DNA of 64,000 nt from Geosiphon pyriformis uo1 (taxonomy: Eukaryota > Fungi > Glomeromycota), in contig JAAOMT010000233.1 in assembly GCA_016748015.1 (NCBI GenBank), forward strand, positions 65,422 through 129,421, given 5' to 3'. A program made the translations under genes and the position numbers. Below, piece by piece: positions 51,204 through 63,193 of the stretch. The number at the start of each line of letters is the position of its first letter. Position 1 is the stretch's first letter. The notes below the pieces were generated by a model. It did not search any database and had not been told where the DNA came from. It was given only the letters and a program-made list of their open reading frames with translations.

Positions 51204-52589
51204 TTAATAAATTAGTTAAATAATTTAATTAGATTTTTTGTGAATTATTAACAAAAATAAACAATAAAATAAAATAAAAATAAAATATATTTATTTTATT
51301 GGCTTATTAAATACTTAATTATAATATTACAAAATTTATATTATTTAAATTAGTATGTAAAAAACCATTATACTATCTATTAAATTACAAATTCATATTT
51401 ATTTTATTAAACCAATAACTAAAAAAGATTTAAAAAAATATATATAAATTGTTAATAATATTAGAAAACAATTATTAAATTATAATACACAATATTAAAT
51501 ACTTTTAAAAACAACAAAATATCAAACATAATAATAAATTCTCAAACAATCATATTATTTATAAATAAATAATAAAGTTATATTATATTATCTTAAAACT
51601 AAAAAACAATAAAGCAGAAAATTTAATAACAAATAGAATAAATAATTTTTTATTTATGATATTTTGAGTAATAGAGCTTATAAATTATATTTAGATAATA
51701 AAATCTTTAAAAAATTTGTACCTGAAAATTGCTTAAAATTATATTATTATAAAAAATTATTTAATTTCCAAATTTTTAAACTTTAAATATTAATATCTTT
51801 TAGTTATTATTTTATTTATTATAAAAATCAATTTTTTTTTAGAAATTATTCTTAATTATTTTTAGAATTTCTTATAAAAATAAAAGCTCTCTACTTTAAA
51901 AAATACAACCAAAATGAATCATTTTTTTTTACTTTTTAAAATTGAAAAATTGGTTGAAAAATTCAAAGTTGTTTTTAAACAAACAAACAGAAACCTGCAA
52001 AAAAAAATTGATTTTAGCTTTCTTACTTTATTTTAATATTAATATTATTAAATTGCTATTTAGTTAAATTTACAAACAATATATATTAAAGAACACAACA
52101 GAAAATTCAACAAAAAAATTTATAATAATATAAAAAAATTATTAAAAAAACAACTTTAAATATTAATTTAAAGCAACATATTAATTATATATCGTGTTTA
52201 AATACTGTTTAAAAGTATTGCTCAACAGTAAAATAAAAATATTTACTCTTAATAAAATTAATTTTAATTTTGATAAAACTTCCTATTTAAGATTAAAAAA
52301 GTTATTAAGACTGAGGATAGTGTGGAGAATAAATAAAGCACGTCATTATCGCCAGAACATCATTCTACTCGAATGCAACAACTTTTTTTCATGTTGATTC
52401 AATAAATGAAATTTATTGTAAAAATATAAAATGAGAACAACAATCCTGAATATTATTTGCAATAGAAAACTCAAAAGAACAATTTTTGTAATAAAATTTC
52501 AAGAGCACCATCATGCGAAATTTTAAACATTCCAGCAGATCAAGGGCTTAAATTATCATTTCCCACAAACTAGTAACGTGATCAAAAAT

Positions 52590-52601
52590 AATATATATAA
52601 A
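52590..52601 (+). promoter_or_regulatory. TATA-like element ~30 nt upstream of the SRP RNA
   Basis: AATATATATAAA at the spacing typical of TATA-containing Pol III genes; weakened by the AT-rich background. Confidence 0.5.
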
Positions 52602-52627
52602 TTAAGCTAAAACACTCCTTTACAAGA

Positions 52628-52922
52628 GGTTGGTTGGAGTTGCGTCTGACTGTAGCGCTGCTTATGGCGAACCGGATGCTGAACAACCCTCGGGTGGATC
52701 TACAGCTCTAATACCCACATGTTGAATGCAGTGTCTCATCTGAACTTCGTGTCAACATTCTAACCTGGGAGTAATTTCGGGTTAGGAGGTTGTTAAATAA
52801 TGGGGCATGCCCGAGGCTGGTAACAGAGCAGGGAAAACCCGTAGCATGAAGTGGCAGTGAGATAGCACGCATGAGTGATTGGTGTATCAGAGTTGCCATA
52901 CGATGGGGTGGACTACCATCTA
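52628..52922 (+). ncRNA. Signal recognition particle RNA (7SL/SRP RNA), ~295 nt
   Basis: Helix 8 CCC-GAGG-CTG-GTAA-CAG-AGCA-GGG (SRP54 motif, GNRA loop). Helix 6 TTCTAACCTGGGA-GTAA-TTTCGGGTTAGGA. Long helix 5 pairings (CAGCTCT/AGAGTTG, TGTCTCA/TGAGATA, ACTTCGTGT/GCATGAAGT). Alu TGTAG motif between two small hairpins. Ends in a T-run. The 5' end is uncertain by a few nt. Confidence 0.92.
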
Positions 52923-52927
52923 TTTTT
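52923..52927 (+). terminator. RNA polymerase III T-run terminator
   Basis: TTTTT directly after the closing strand of SRP helix 5. Confidence 0.75.
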
Positions 52928-53029
52928 GCCATTTTACACAGGTTCGTTTATCACACGAGAATTTAGAGACCTCATTTTGCGTTCTCAAACATGTTTGTCT
53001 TTACGTATGATATAACTAATGGCCGGAAA

Positions 53030-54270
53030 AATGGAAAATGAGGATGCCTTTTTTTATTCATTGTGAACGAGCTGTTAGACATGTCCGTTAGCGACTTCGA
53101 CGAGCTGTGGCCACTTGTCTCCAACGTTTGGATGATCTGAATGAAATCAAGCGTGCTAATGGGGACTTCTTGAAGGCTTAATCAATCGTTTCCCGAAACA
53201 TAACAAATCAAGCACTCGTAAGGAAAGTGTTCCTGATTGTAAACGACGAAAGACGATGATACGTGCAACTGGCTTTTGTGATTCGAAAATCAAACTTACA
53301 GATTTTGCTGTGGAAAAGGCATGTGCTGGGTGAATTCACTTCCTAAATCTTTTGACTTCTAATTTAAGTGAGACTTCTTGAAAAAAAAAAGCTCCATATC
53401 GAGGCTATGGAAATACTTCTGACCACAAGAAAGTAACTACCTAAAACGCACTAAGGCAATCAAAATGATGGTTGCAGCCGAGGGTGTCAAGACATCATCA
53501 TCTTAAATTGCAACTATAGTAAAAGAGCTCGACAAAGAATCTGGTATTGCTGGAACCTTACCACGAAAAGAAGTAGTAAATATTCAAATAAAATTAAGTC
53601 GGCCACAAAATAAGCATCGATCAAGTTTCTTATGGAGCAAGGATTTGAATGCATTCGGTTTTCGAAAACAAAGGATACAAAGGCTTTTCATTTGCTCGAT
53701 CAAGTCAACTGGGAAAATGAAACGTTTTGGATGGTTGAGGCTCATTAATGCAATTCATAATAGTAATCAATGAGGATGGCGACTTTTTACGTTGTATATT
53801 CGGGATGGATATGGATGTTGGGATATGTGTGGACATTTTTTCTTAGCAGGCGAAAACAGCAAAGCAATATCAAATAGTTCAAAGATTATTCGGCAATTAG
53901 CAACCTCGATATGCTACAAGACCAATCAAGCATTGAATCCAATAGTATCATGGAAGTATTCCCGGGCGTAGCAAATAGAGAGCAAGAATGTAATATCATT
54001 TGCTTACTGTTCATATAATGCGCACCTGGATGTGAAAGATCATAAAAAATAAGGCCAGAAACAAGATGATGCATGGTATGCACAAGAAAATCAAGACTAG
54101 CTGTGAGCAGATGGTTCAGCAGACAATATCTCTTTGCAATAGTGAATTCATAAAAAAGTAAATTACATGGAATTGGACCAAGTGAGTCATGTATGCACTT
54201 CTCTTTTGTGTCAAGTTTTCTCAACCAAATGTGTTTAAATTGTATCATAGTGAACTGAAGACTAAAACAT
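53030..54270 (+). pseudogene. Mutator/MULE-type transposase relic (frameshifts and stops)
   Basis: Manual translation: LINAIHNSNQ*GWRLFTLYIRDGYGCWDMCGHFFLAGE, LQDQSSIESNSIMEVFPG and TVHIMRTW (CxxH position), which resembles the MULE DDE domain. No TIRs found. Confidence 0.7.
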
Positions 54271-54619
54271 TGAAGAATTGCGCGTTTTTTATAAAGACAT
54301 GTTTAAACAAACAAACTTTTAACAAAAAATATATAAACTGTAAAAGAAATTTAATTGATTACAAACATTATTTTTATAAATAATTAAATATTATAAAACT
54401 TATAAAATAATACTATTAAAAATAAAAAAGTTTAAAATAAATATATCAAAAAAATAAAAACAAATAATTTATTTAAAGTATTTAATCTTAACATAAATTT
54501 AATTAATTAATAATATATAAAAAGTATATAATTTATAATTACTATAAAAATTATATATATTTTTATTATTATGTATTTATAAATATGGTTTAATTATTAT
54601 CAAAAAATAATACTATTTA

Positions 54620-54960
54620 AAAACATTTTTTTCTTTTAATTTTATAATCATAATTAAAATAAAAAGTAAAAAAGTTTTAAACATTACTTTTTTTGTAATA
54701 ATTAATAAAGTCTCAACAAAAAAAAGTCTTTTTGTTATTAAAACAGCTAGACAAAATGTTTTAATAATGTTTTTTTTTAAATATTAATAGTAAAAAGCTG
54801 TTTTTAATAACTTTTAAAGCAATTTTTTCATCTTTGGCTAGTGGTTTTTTTAATCAAAGTTTTTTTAAAAAATACATTCAAATTAGTTTTTGTGTTGTTT
54901 TTATTTTTTTTAAAAGTCTTAAAATTTTTAATAATATGTCATTTAATAAATTGATCTTTT
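54620..54960 (+). mobile_element. 5' fragment of the ORF1-only element family
   Basis: Aligns with the reverse complement of ~11780-12120 (e.g. AAAACAGCTAG[A/G]CA[A/G]AATGTTTTAA). Confidence 0.75.
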
Positions 54961-55057
54961 TTGTAAAATCTTTAAATATCATCATCAATTACAGTTATTG
55001 AGCACTAAGTTATGGATTTGTTATTTGATTTGAGACTCCAAATAATCACCTATAATA
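54961..55057 (+). repeat. 3' remnant (~100 bp) of the gypsy-2 5' LTR
   Basis: GAGCACTAAGTTATGGATTTGTTATTT...CCAAATAATCACCTATAATA aligns to the last ~90 bp of the solo LTR. Confidence 0.8.
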
Positions 55058-55059
55058 TT

Positions 55060-55076
55060 TGGTGCTTCCTGTAAGG
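55060..55076 (+). other. tRNA primer-binding site, possibly elongator tRNA-Met
   Basis: TGGTGCTTCCTGTAAGG, 2 nt after the LTR end. Its complement ends GGAAGCACCA, like fungal elongator tRNA-Met 3' ends (tRNA identity is inference). Confidence 0.75.
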
Positions 55077-58000
55077 TATAATTCTACAAAGAACTAGCAC
55101 CAACAAACAACTATTCAAAAGTGGCAGAACCAGAAAGAATAGGAACAAACCATTTAGGATTCACCAAATTTTTATTTCAACACTACTGTTAACACTTGGG
55201 ATTAACCAACAATTACTTATCAGCAGAATCAGTCTTCAATTTCTACATCAACAAAAGAATCTCATATTTATTAGAAGTACTAATAGAAACTAATTCAGCA
55301 AAAGGAAATTTTTACAATAAATTAATCCAAAATACCAGCTTATCAGTAAATTATAACTTTATAATAATTCTTACTGAAATCAATTGGGAAATTAAAAATC
55401 ACACTCAACAAAAATATTTAATTACCTATGTAAACAAAGACAAAAGAAAACTATAAACACTAGCAGTAACACTTTAAAAAATACAACTACCCACTTGGAA
55501 AAAAACAAGACTTGAGTTACCAATCAATCCATCATACCATTATACACTTAGAAGTGCCATCAACATTTCATCAGCAAGTGCATCCACATTAAACACAAAA
55601 ACACTATTAGCACAAATATAATTTCAAAGTAAACAATCAAAAGCTGACCTATTAAGAATCTATAGCAAATATTTTAAAGAATTTAAATTTCGATTACTAA
55701 TGCCATCAGAATTTTGATCACTATTATCTTCACCAAATTTCAGAACTATAAGTCCTTGAAAAGTAACTGAATCAGAAAAAGAGAAAGACAACAATCAGGA
55801 ATTTAATTACGAAAACCCAATTGTAGAAAACTTGGAAGTTAAAACCCCAAATATTCAAACTCAAGAAAATCAGAACAATTCAAATCCCAACATAATTAAT
55901 TAGCAACACTTACTTCCAGTAATTATGATCAATCAGCCATCAATTGAACTAATTCAATAGCTCTAAGTACCACATTAACAACAACTGCAGCAACCACTCC
56001 AACAACTGTCACAACAACAATAACCAATGGCATATGTACCAATCACCAAGATTGAAAAATTTACTGGCAAAGAAGATAACACATAAGTGTGGCTGAACAA
56101 TGTGGAAAAAACCATTGCAGCCAATAGATAGAACAATGTCAGAGCACTCCAAGTTATTCTATACTTTCTTTAAAATACCACTAACTTATAGTATTAAAGC
56201 TTGGCCAATAAATCTCAAGATTTCAATACATTTAAGCTTGAGTTCTTATAATATTTTAGCAACAATAATAGTATTAATTACTTAGCCAATATATTTACCA
56301 CTATTAAGCAAAGAGACATGAAAGCAGTCACTACTTATTTGGGATGCTTTCATAGAAACTTGTGCCAAATTCAAGCTATTAATGCCAATTATTTTACTAT
56401 AGCCCAAATCTTGAATCAATTTATCTGTGGATTATACAGTAACATCTTACAACACATACACTTATTATATCTAGCTAATATTTAAGCTGCAGTTACTTAC
56501 ACCAGAAATTTTGAAGCTGTTGAATTAGAAGCCAACTATGCCTAAGCCATAAATTTAGTAATAAACAGATTATCTGACTTGGATTCCAAGTTGAAGCAAT
56601 TTAGTGACTCAATCAATCAGAAATTAGAGAAATACTTAGCTAACAATCAAGCCATTTATCAATTTTCATAATGACACAATAATCAAAGAAACACAAATTG
56701 TTTCCAATATTAGTTATATCTATCATTATCCACCAATCAGCAATGGTAAACTGAAATGTGTAGTTGCTACTATTGTGATAAACAAAGACACTTACAAATC
56801 AACTGTCACAACCACTTAAATAACTAATGATCGGAAAATTAATATCAAAACCCCAATTACCAGTTTCAAACTCCGAATTATCAACCAAATCCAGAATCAT
56901 ATTAACCAAATTATCTATTAATAATGCAGCAGCCAATTTATTAATCACTCATTTATCAAACTCTAGCACCAGTTGTTTATCAACTACAGCCACAAATAAT
57001 TTATCAATCTCAGCAAATCCAAACACTATTACAAATAATAGTATCCACTAGAAGTTAAAAACCAAGAACTATTCAGCAAAACTAGAGATCAGCAATGGTA
57101 GTTTACCAACTATTAACTCTATAATTAAGACCATGTTAGTAGAATTGGGAACTAAATATGCCCAAAATCCGAGTTCTCAGAACTATTTAAGCCTCTTTGT
57201 AACCCCAAAAAATACCCAAACCAACAATTAGGAAACTAACCAAATGCCACTTACCAATAATATTCTATCAGCAACTGTTACTAATGATAAATTGTTAGCA
57301 GCAATTTTTCTCTTTGAAATAGAAGAACCAGCAAAAACACTTTTTTTTAGTAAAGCTGCCCTTAATGTGAAACCCATTACCATGATGTACACTAATACCA
57401 AAGTTGATGGTCAGTTTATCAAACTGATCCTTGATAGCAGATTAGCAGACAACATTATCACATAACAACTTATAGACCAATTAGATCACCAAGTTGATCA
57501 CACTGCCAGCACCAAAATTATTACAGCCAATAAAGTGACCAAAATTTCTATTGACAAAATTGATGACTTTTCTTTTGAAGTTAATAGTATCATAGCTTTC
57601 ATCAAAGTTTTGGTAATAGAAGCAACCCAATATTAAGCACTAGTTGGCAATAACTGGTTGTCCAAAACCAATGCAGTGCTTAATTAGATCATACAGAAGC
57701 TCCAACTCAGTCAGAACGGTTAGCACATATATATACTAGCCATATATAGCCACTTCTAAACAAATACTACATCAATACTACTCATAAAATTGGAAGAAAA
57801 AGAGAACAAATCTACCTGAGAAGTTTATCAAGTATTATGAACTGAAAATGACCACAACAAACTACTGCTGATTTTAACCTAAAAAGACAAAGAGAAAAGA
57901 AAAAAAAGAGAAAAAAAGCTCACTCAAGCTACCACTTCCACTTACATTCCATATACTACACCTCAACTCAACTATTGTTGACCAAAGTTAGTATGTATCA

Positions 58001-58879
58001 ACTGTGGTAAAAAATTGTCATCAATGAGCACATATTGTAGTAATGATGAAAAATGGCTAATGACAACCAAGTTTTATTGCTGACCATACATCCTAAAGTG
58101 TTTTGGACAACTTAAATAACAAAAAAAATAGAATAATAAACCATACCTTGTATGTAAAAAAATTCTATTAAATGAAAAAATGTGGAATGACATTTTAGGA
58201 CAAAAAAAAACATGTAACAAATTGTGCCAATACATAATTTTAATAAGTAACTGGGTAAAAAAAAGGATACCAATAGAAGCAGCATGAAGAAAAGCAATAA
58301 AATGTTTGGACAGGTGTCTACATAATAATAACAAAATATGGCATATGGCACTTGCCAAAATCAAAGAAGTGTTATCAGAAGAAATAAAAACAATTAAAAA
58401 CAATCCACCAGAACCCATAGAACTTGATTGGGACCCAAATCCAGATATTATTCTAGACTCTATAAATTCAGAACAATTCCACAAACACTACCAAGAATTA
58501 ACATCCACTAGAAAAGAATAAAAACAATGTTTAGAGCAACTAAACACCTAATTATGTAACTACTGTTTGATTCTATATGACTTTTAATATTGTAATGAAT
58601 ATAATTTCATCTAAAATCTATCACCATGCATGATCTACATAATCCCAAAAGAGAACAAACCAATTAGTAGCTGCAAAGTGGAATCAGAATTACAGTTTAA
58701 TTCCGATTTAAACTTCAATAATGATGACAACAAAAACAATAATTTCAGCTCTATTCAAAATGACAATGACAATAACAATAGTTTAAACTCCAATCCAAAC
58801 CCAGAACAATATATCACACTTTCTGACCTTACCAAGAAGCAAGAACTTAAATAGTTCAATGATAATAATGAAAATATTA

Positions 58880-59270
58880 TGTCTGAATGCATACATAATA
58901 CTAATGTAGGGTTTGATCTAAGATATCTGAGAAAAGAAGTCATAAAATTAAAATCACATTTGCATATATGCATTGATCTGAAAATAGCACTAGAAATTCT
59001 AACAATGACAATAGTTCAACTAGCATTCAAGAGTAGTTTAGCAAAAAAAAATTAATATCAGAGGAGGAATAATTGATGCAAAATATGTAGAAAATATTAT
59101 TGCAATGTTACAAAATAACTCAGAAAAAGTCTATATCATAGAACCAAACAAAAAGATAGCACAGAAAATATTTCTGCCTTTGGTTAAAATAGCTCAATTA
59201 GTATCAGTGGGAAATAGGGAAGAATTAGAGATTACAGCTAGAGAAATTAGTGAATTTGGATCCACAAGTA
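58880..59270 (+). pseudogene. dUTPase domain in gypsy-2 pol
   Basis: NVGFDL, KSSLAKK, GGIIDAKYVE, KIAQ, REISEFGST. Confidence 0.82.
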
Positions 59271-59699
59271 GAATAAATATATCAATCAATATAGCAGAAG
59301 AAAAGGTTATTGACAAGGAAAAAATTATTTCCATCCGTCAATCAATTTTTATTCTACCATATAACTAGTACATATTAGCCATAGAAAAAAAAGTAAAAAA
59401 TCAGGCTCAAATGTTTGAAGCAAAAGCTGCAATTTGTAAATTAAAAAAGATTGAACTCACCAATTTTTACATACTAGCTAAAAGTCTTAAACACATCAAA
59501 ATTCTCATTTACAACACAACAGGAAATGTTATTAAAATACCAAAAGGAACTATCATCAGATATTTAAGCATTGAAGTTGAAAAGCAACCACCAAACTCCA
59601 TTCCAGACTTTTGACAACTGTGTGAATATGTAGATATTATATTACAAACAATATACGAATGAAAAAAATGTTATCTGTTTTAACCAAAACAATTAGAAC

Positions 59700-61080
59700 A
59701 AATAAATCTGGGAAATTTAAACCCACTATAATGTATGCAGCTGAAAATATTACTCAATAACTTTAATGACATCTTTTCCAGTAAAAATGAATTTGGTAGA
59801 ACTGACATAATCCAACATTAGATCAAGACTGAAGATGCAATAACAATTAAACAAAGAGCATACTAAGTACTACTAGCAAGCTATAAAATCATCTGACAAA
59901 AAATCAATTGAATATTAGACAACAGGCTAATTCAACCATCAATAAGTTTATAGTTGTTACCAGTAGTACTAGTCCATAAAAAGAATAGAAAAATCCGTTT
60001 TTGTGTGAATTACTGAAAACTTAATGGAGTAACAAAAAGAGATAGCTACCCAATTCCAAAGATCCAAAAACTTTTTGATGCTTTTGAAAGAAAAAAATAA
60101 TTCTCAACTTTAAACTTAGACAGTGGTTATTAGTAAATAGCCATAAAACCAGAAGATAAGGAGAAAACAGCTTTTACAACCTGAAAAAGAAATTTCGAAT
60201 TTGAAGTTATGTCTTTTGACTTAATAAATGCTCCAGCCACATTTTAATGGCCCATAGAAATTGTCTATATTAGACTACTGTGGAAATTAGTAGTTGTTTA
60301 CTTAGATAATACCAATGTGTTCTCTAAGACATTCAATAATTATTTACATTATCTCCAACAAGTATTTAAAAGACTAAGAAGAGCTAAATTGAAGTTAAAT
60401 GCCACCAAATATTTCTTTGGCAAAATAAAATTAAAATTTTTGAGACATGTTATAAATAAAGATGAAATCAAAACAGATCCAGACAAAATTAAAATAGTTA
60501 AAAACTTTCCAATATCCACCAACTTGACCAAACTATGAGCATTCTTAGAATTTGCAAGTTACTACTGCCACTTCATTAAAGATTTTTCCAAATTGGCTTA
60601 GCTATTACACCAGCTCCAAATAAAGAACACCAAATATGAATAGGCAGAAAACTAGCAAAAAGCTTATTCAAGCTCCAATACTAATCTATTCAGATCATAG
60701 CAAGTTATTCATAATCACAACCAATGTATCAGGTCAAGCATTAGGAGCTGTACTGTCTTAGAAAGAATCAGATAGAAGAGAACACCCAGTAGTATATACT
60801 AGTTACAGCTTAAGTCTAACTGAAAAAAAACTATAGAACTTTAGCACTAAAACATTTAGCAATCTATTAGGCAGTTATGAAATAGAAGGAATACTTAAGC
60901 CAGAAATTCGACATATACACTAACTATAAAGAATTGACTTTAATCTAAAAGCAAGAATTTAGAAATAATTGCTATGCTAGATGGAAAATAGAACTTTCAC
61001 CATTTAATTATACAGTACATTACAAAAAGAGAAAAAAAAACAGAAATTCTAACAGTTTGTCACGGATAAAACAAATCTAA
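59700..61080 (+). pseudogene. RT and RNase H of gypsy-2
   Basis: IRFCVNY*KLN, DSYPIP, EKTAF, NAPATF, YLDN (YLDD mutated), ALGAVLS, NSNSLSR; many stops and a deletion. Confidence 0.9.
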
Positions 61081-61110
61081 GAACATTCCAATCCAAAAAT
61101 ATAACAAAAA

Positions 61111-63180
61111 ATGAATACACAAAAATATTAACAACTTCAACATTTTATAAATACTCAACAGTTCAAGAAAAAATTATTTCAAAAGAAACAAAACCATATC
61201 AAACAACAGTTCAAATATTTTATCACTTACCAAGATATATTTTATCAGAAAAACAGAAAGAATTCAGATCAATCAACCAAAGTAATTACAGAATCAGAGA
61301 AAGAAACAATATTATTTAACATGTATTCCAATCTAACAGCAGAACATTTTCACAGAGAAGCAACCATAGAAAGAACCAAAAAAAGATACTATTGGTCATC
61401 AATATATCCAGACATCATTCAATATGTGCAAAATTGTGATGCTTATTAGAAAAGAGAAGGAACAAAACTTAGCAAGCCACTGAGACCAATTAAAATAAAA
61501 CAACTGTTTGATTGTATTGGGATTGACTTAGTCAGACCATTAATAATAACCAGTAAAAAAAACAGATATATCACAGTAGCCATGAATTATCTTACTAAGT
61601 GGCCAGAAGCAAAAACCATTCAAAGAGCAGATACAGAATCCATTGCCAAATTTAATCATCAAGATTTGATTTGTTAATACAGATGCCCAAAAAAATTACT
61701 ATCTAACTAAGGAACTAACTTTGTGAATAGAACATTAGCAGAATTAAGTCAAAAATTTGGAATAAAAAGACCATTATCATTACCATATTATCCACAAACC
61801 AACAGCTTAATCAAAAAATTCAATAGAATATTGTGTGAAGTAATTGCCAAAATCAGCCAAGAAAATCAAGATGAATAGAATTTATTTATATTATTAGTAT
61901 TATTTGCTTATTGAACAATAAAGTAAGATATTATACAAGCAATACTATTTAAATTAATATATGGTAGAACAGCAACAGTACCAATATAGATAGAAGTCAG
62001 CATATATCCAACTGAACTAATAACAGAAGACAATTTCCAAGAAACATTGTTGAAAAAAACATATAACTTAATAGAAACACTAGAAAACAAGTGGCAAAGA
62101 GCAGCTGATAATATTCAAAAGTCACAAAAAAAACAAAAAGAAAAACATGATAACCAACTATTGAATAAACCAGTTGAATTTACAATTGGAGACAAAGTAC
62201 TTTTACATTATATCAAAGTAGAAAAACAATGGAGTGGAAAATTTGACTCCAAATGGAACAAACTATTTTACATAGAAAAAATTCTAAGAAATAGAGCTTA
62301 TAAATTAATATGGGACAACAAAATCTTAGCCAAAACAGCACATGGTGATTGATTAAAACCATATCACTATATAGTATCATCATCCACCAATAATATTCTA
62401 CAACTGGGAGTACAATAAATACTAATCCAACCAAATAAGATTTTATGAGATCTGGAACCAATTATAATCATTGAACCAAACACATCAAATTGAACAACCA
62501 AAAGAGTATATAAAGACATGGTATATATGACAAAAACAACAAAGAAAATAGAAATACCAAATTATATTCACATCTTAGCACAACAATTGTTTCAAGTCTT
62601 AAGTCAATAACAATTAAACATAGAAATTGTTATCAACTACCAAACAATCTGTTATTGAAACACCAAACAAAAAAAAAGTATATTATACCAGTAATCACAA
62701 AAACAATTAAGAAACTGGTCAGATAAAATAGTAGAAAAAGTAAAAAACACTCTTGAAAAAATACCCATCATGATTTCAACAGAAGAACTTTCAAAAAAGA
62801 ATTAGAAATAATAAACAAAACAACTTCCAATATCATACTGCTACTATTAGTTGGAACAAAAATTGAACATTTAAAAATTATATCTTAATAAAGCCAAAAA
62901 AATATTCAATCAAAAAATAATACATAATATTAAAAAGATTATTAGAAAAAAGACAAATTTATTACTGCATATTAGAACAATCTATCGACTACACACAATA
63001 TTTCAAAATTATCCAGAAATATTGTTATACTCTAATATAGAAACAATCATCATTAATCAATAGGAAAGAATAAACAATGCACAAATCAAAAATATAAAAA
63101 ACAAAGTTAAACAAACAGTATTGGAAAAAAAAATATTAGACTTAATTCAAAGTAAAAATTTTGATAGAGCTCAATATTAA
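61111..63180 (+). pseudogene. Integrase plus unknown C-terminal region of gypsy-2, one reading frame ending at the PPT
   Basis: FDCIGIDLV, NYLTKWPEA, YYPQTNSLIKKFN, KQWSGKFDSKW. The frame continues through DLEPIII to FDRAQY*. Confidence 0.85.
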
Positions 63181-63193
63181 AAGGAGAAAATAA
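63179..63193 (+). other. Polypurine tract of gypsy-2
   Basis: AAAAGGAGAAAATAA immediately before the LTR start; resembles the gypsy-1 PPT. Confidence 0.75.

Noticed and set aside
52759-52790. CTAACC / GGGTTAGG suggesting a telomerase template or telomeric repeat
   Set aside because: These are the two arms of SRP RNA helix 6.
52708-52932. 74 aa minus-strand ORF
   Set aside because: Antisense to the SRP RNA; a by-product of local GC content.
52300-54300. SRP gene captured inside a Pack-MULE
   Set aside because: No terminal inverted repeats or TSD could be found around the CpG-retaining block.
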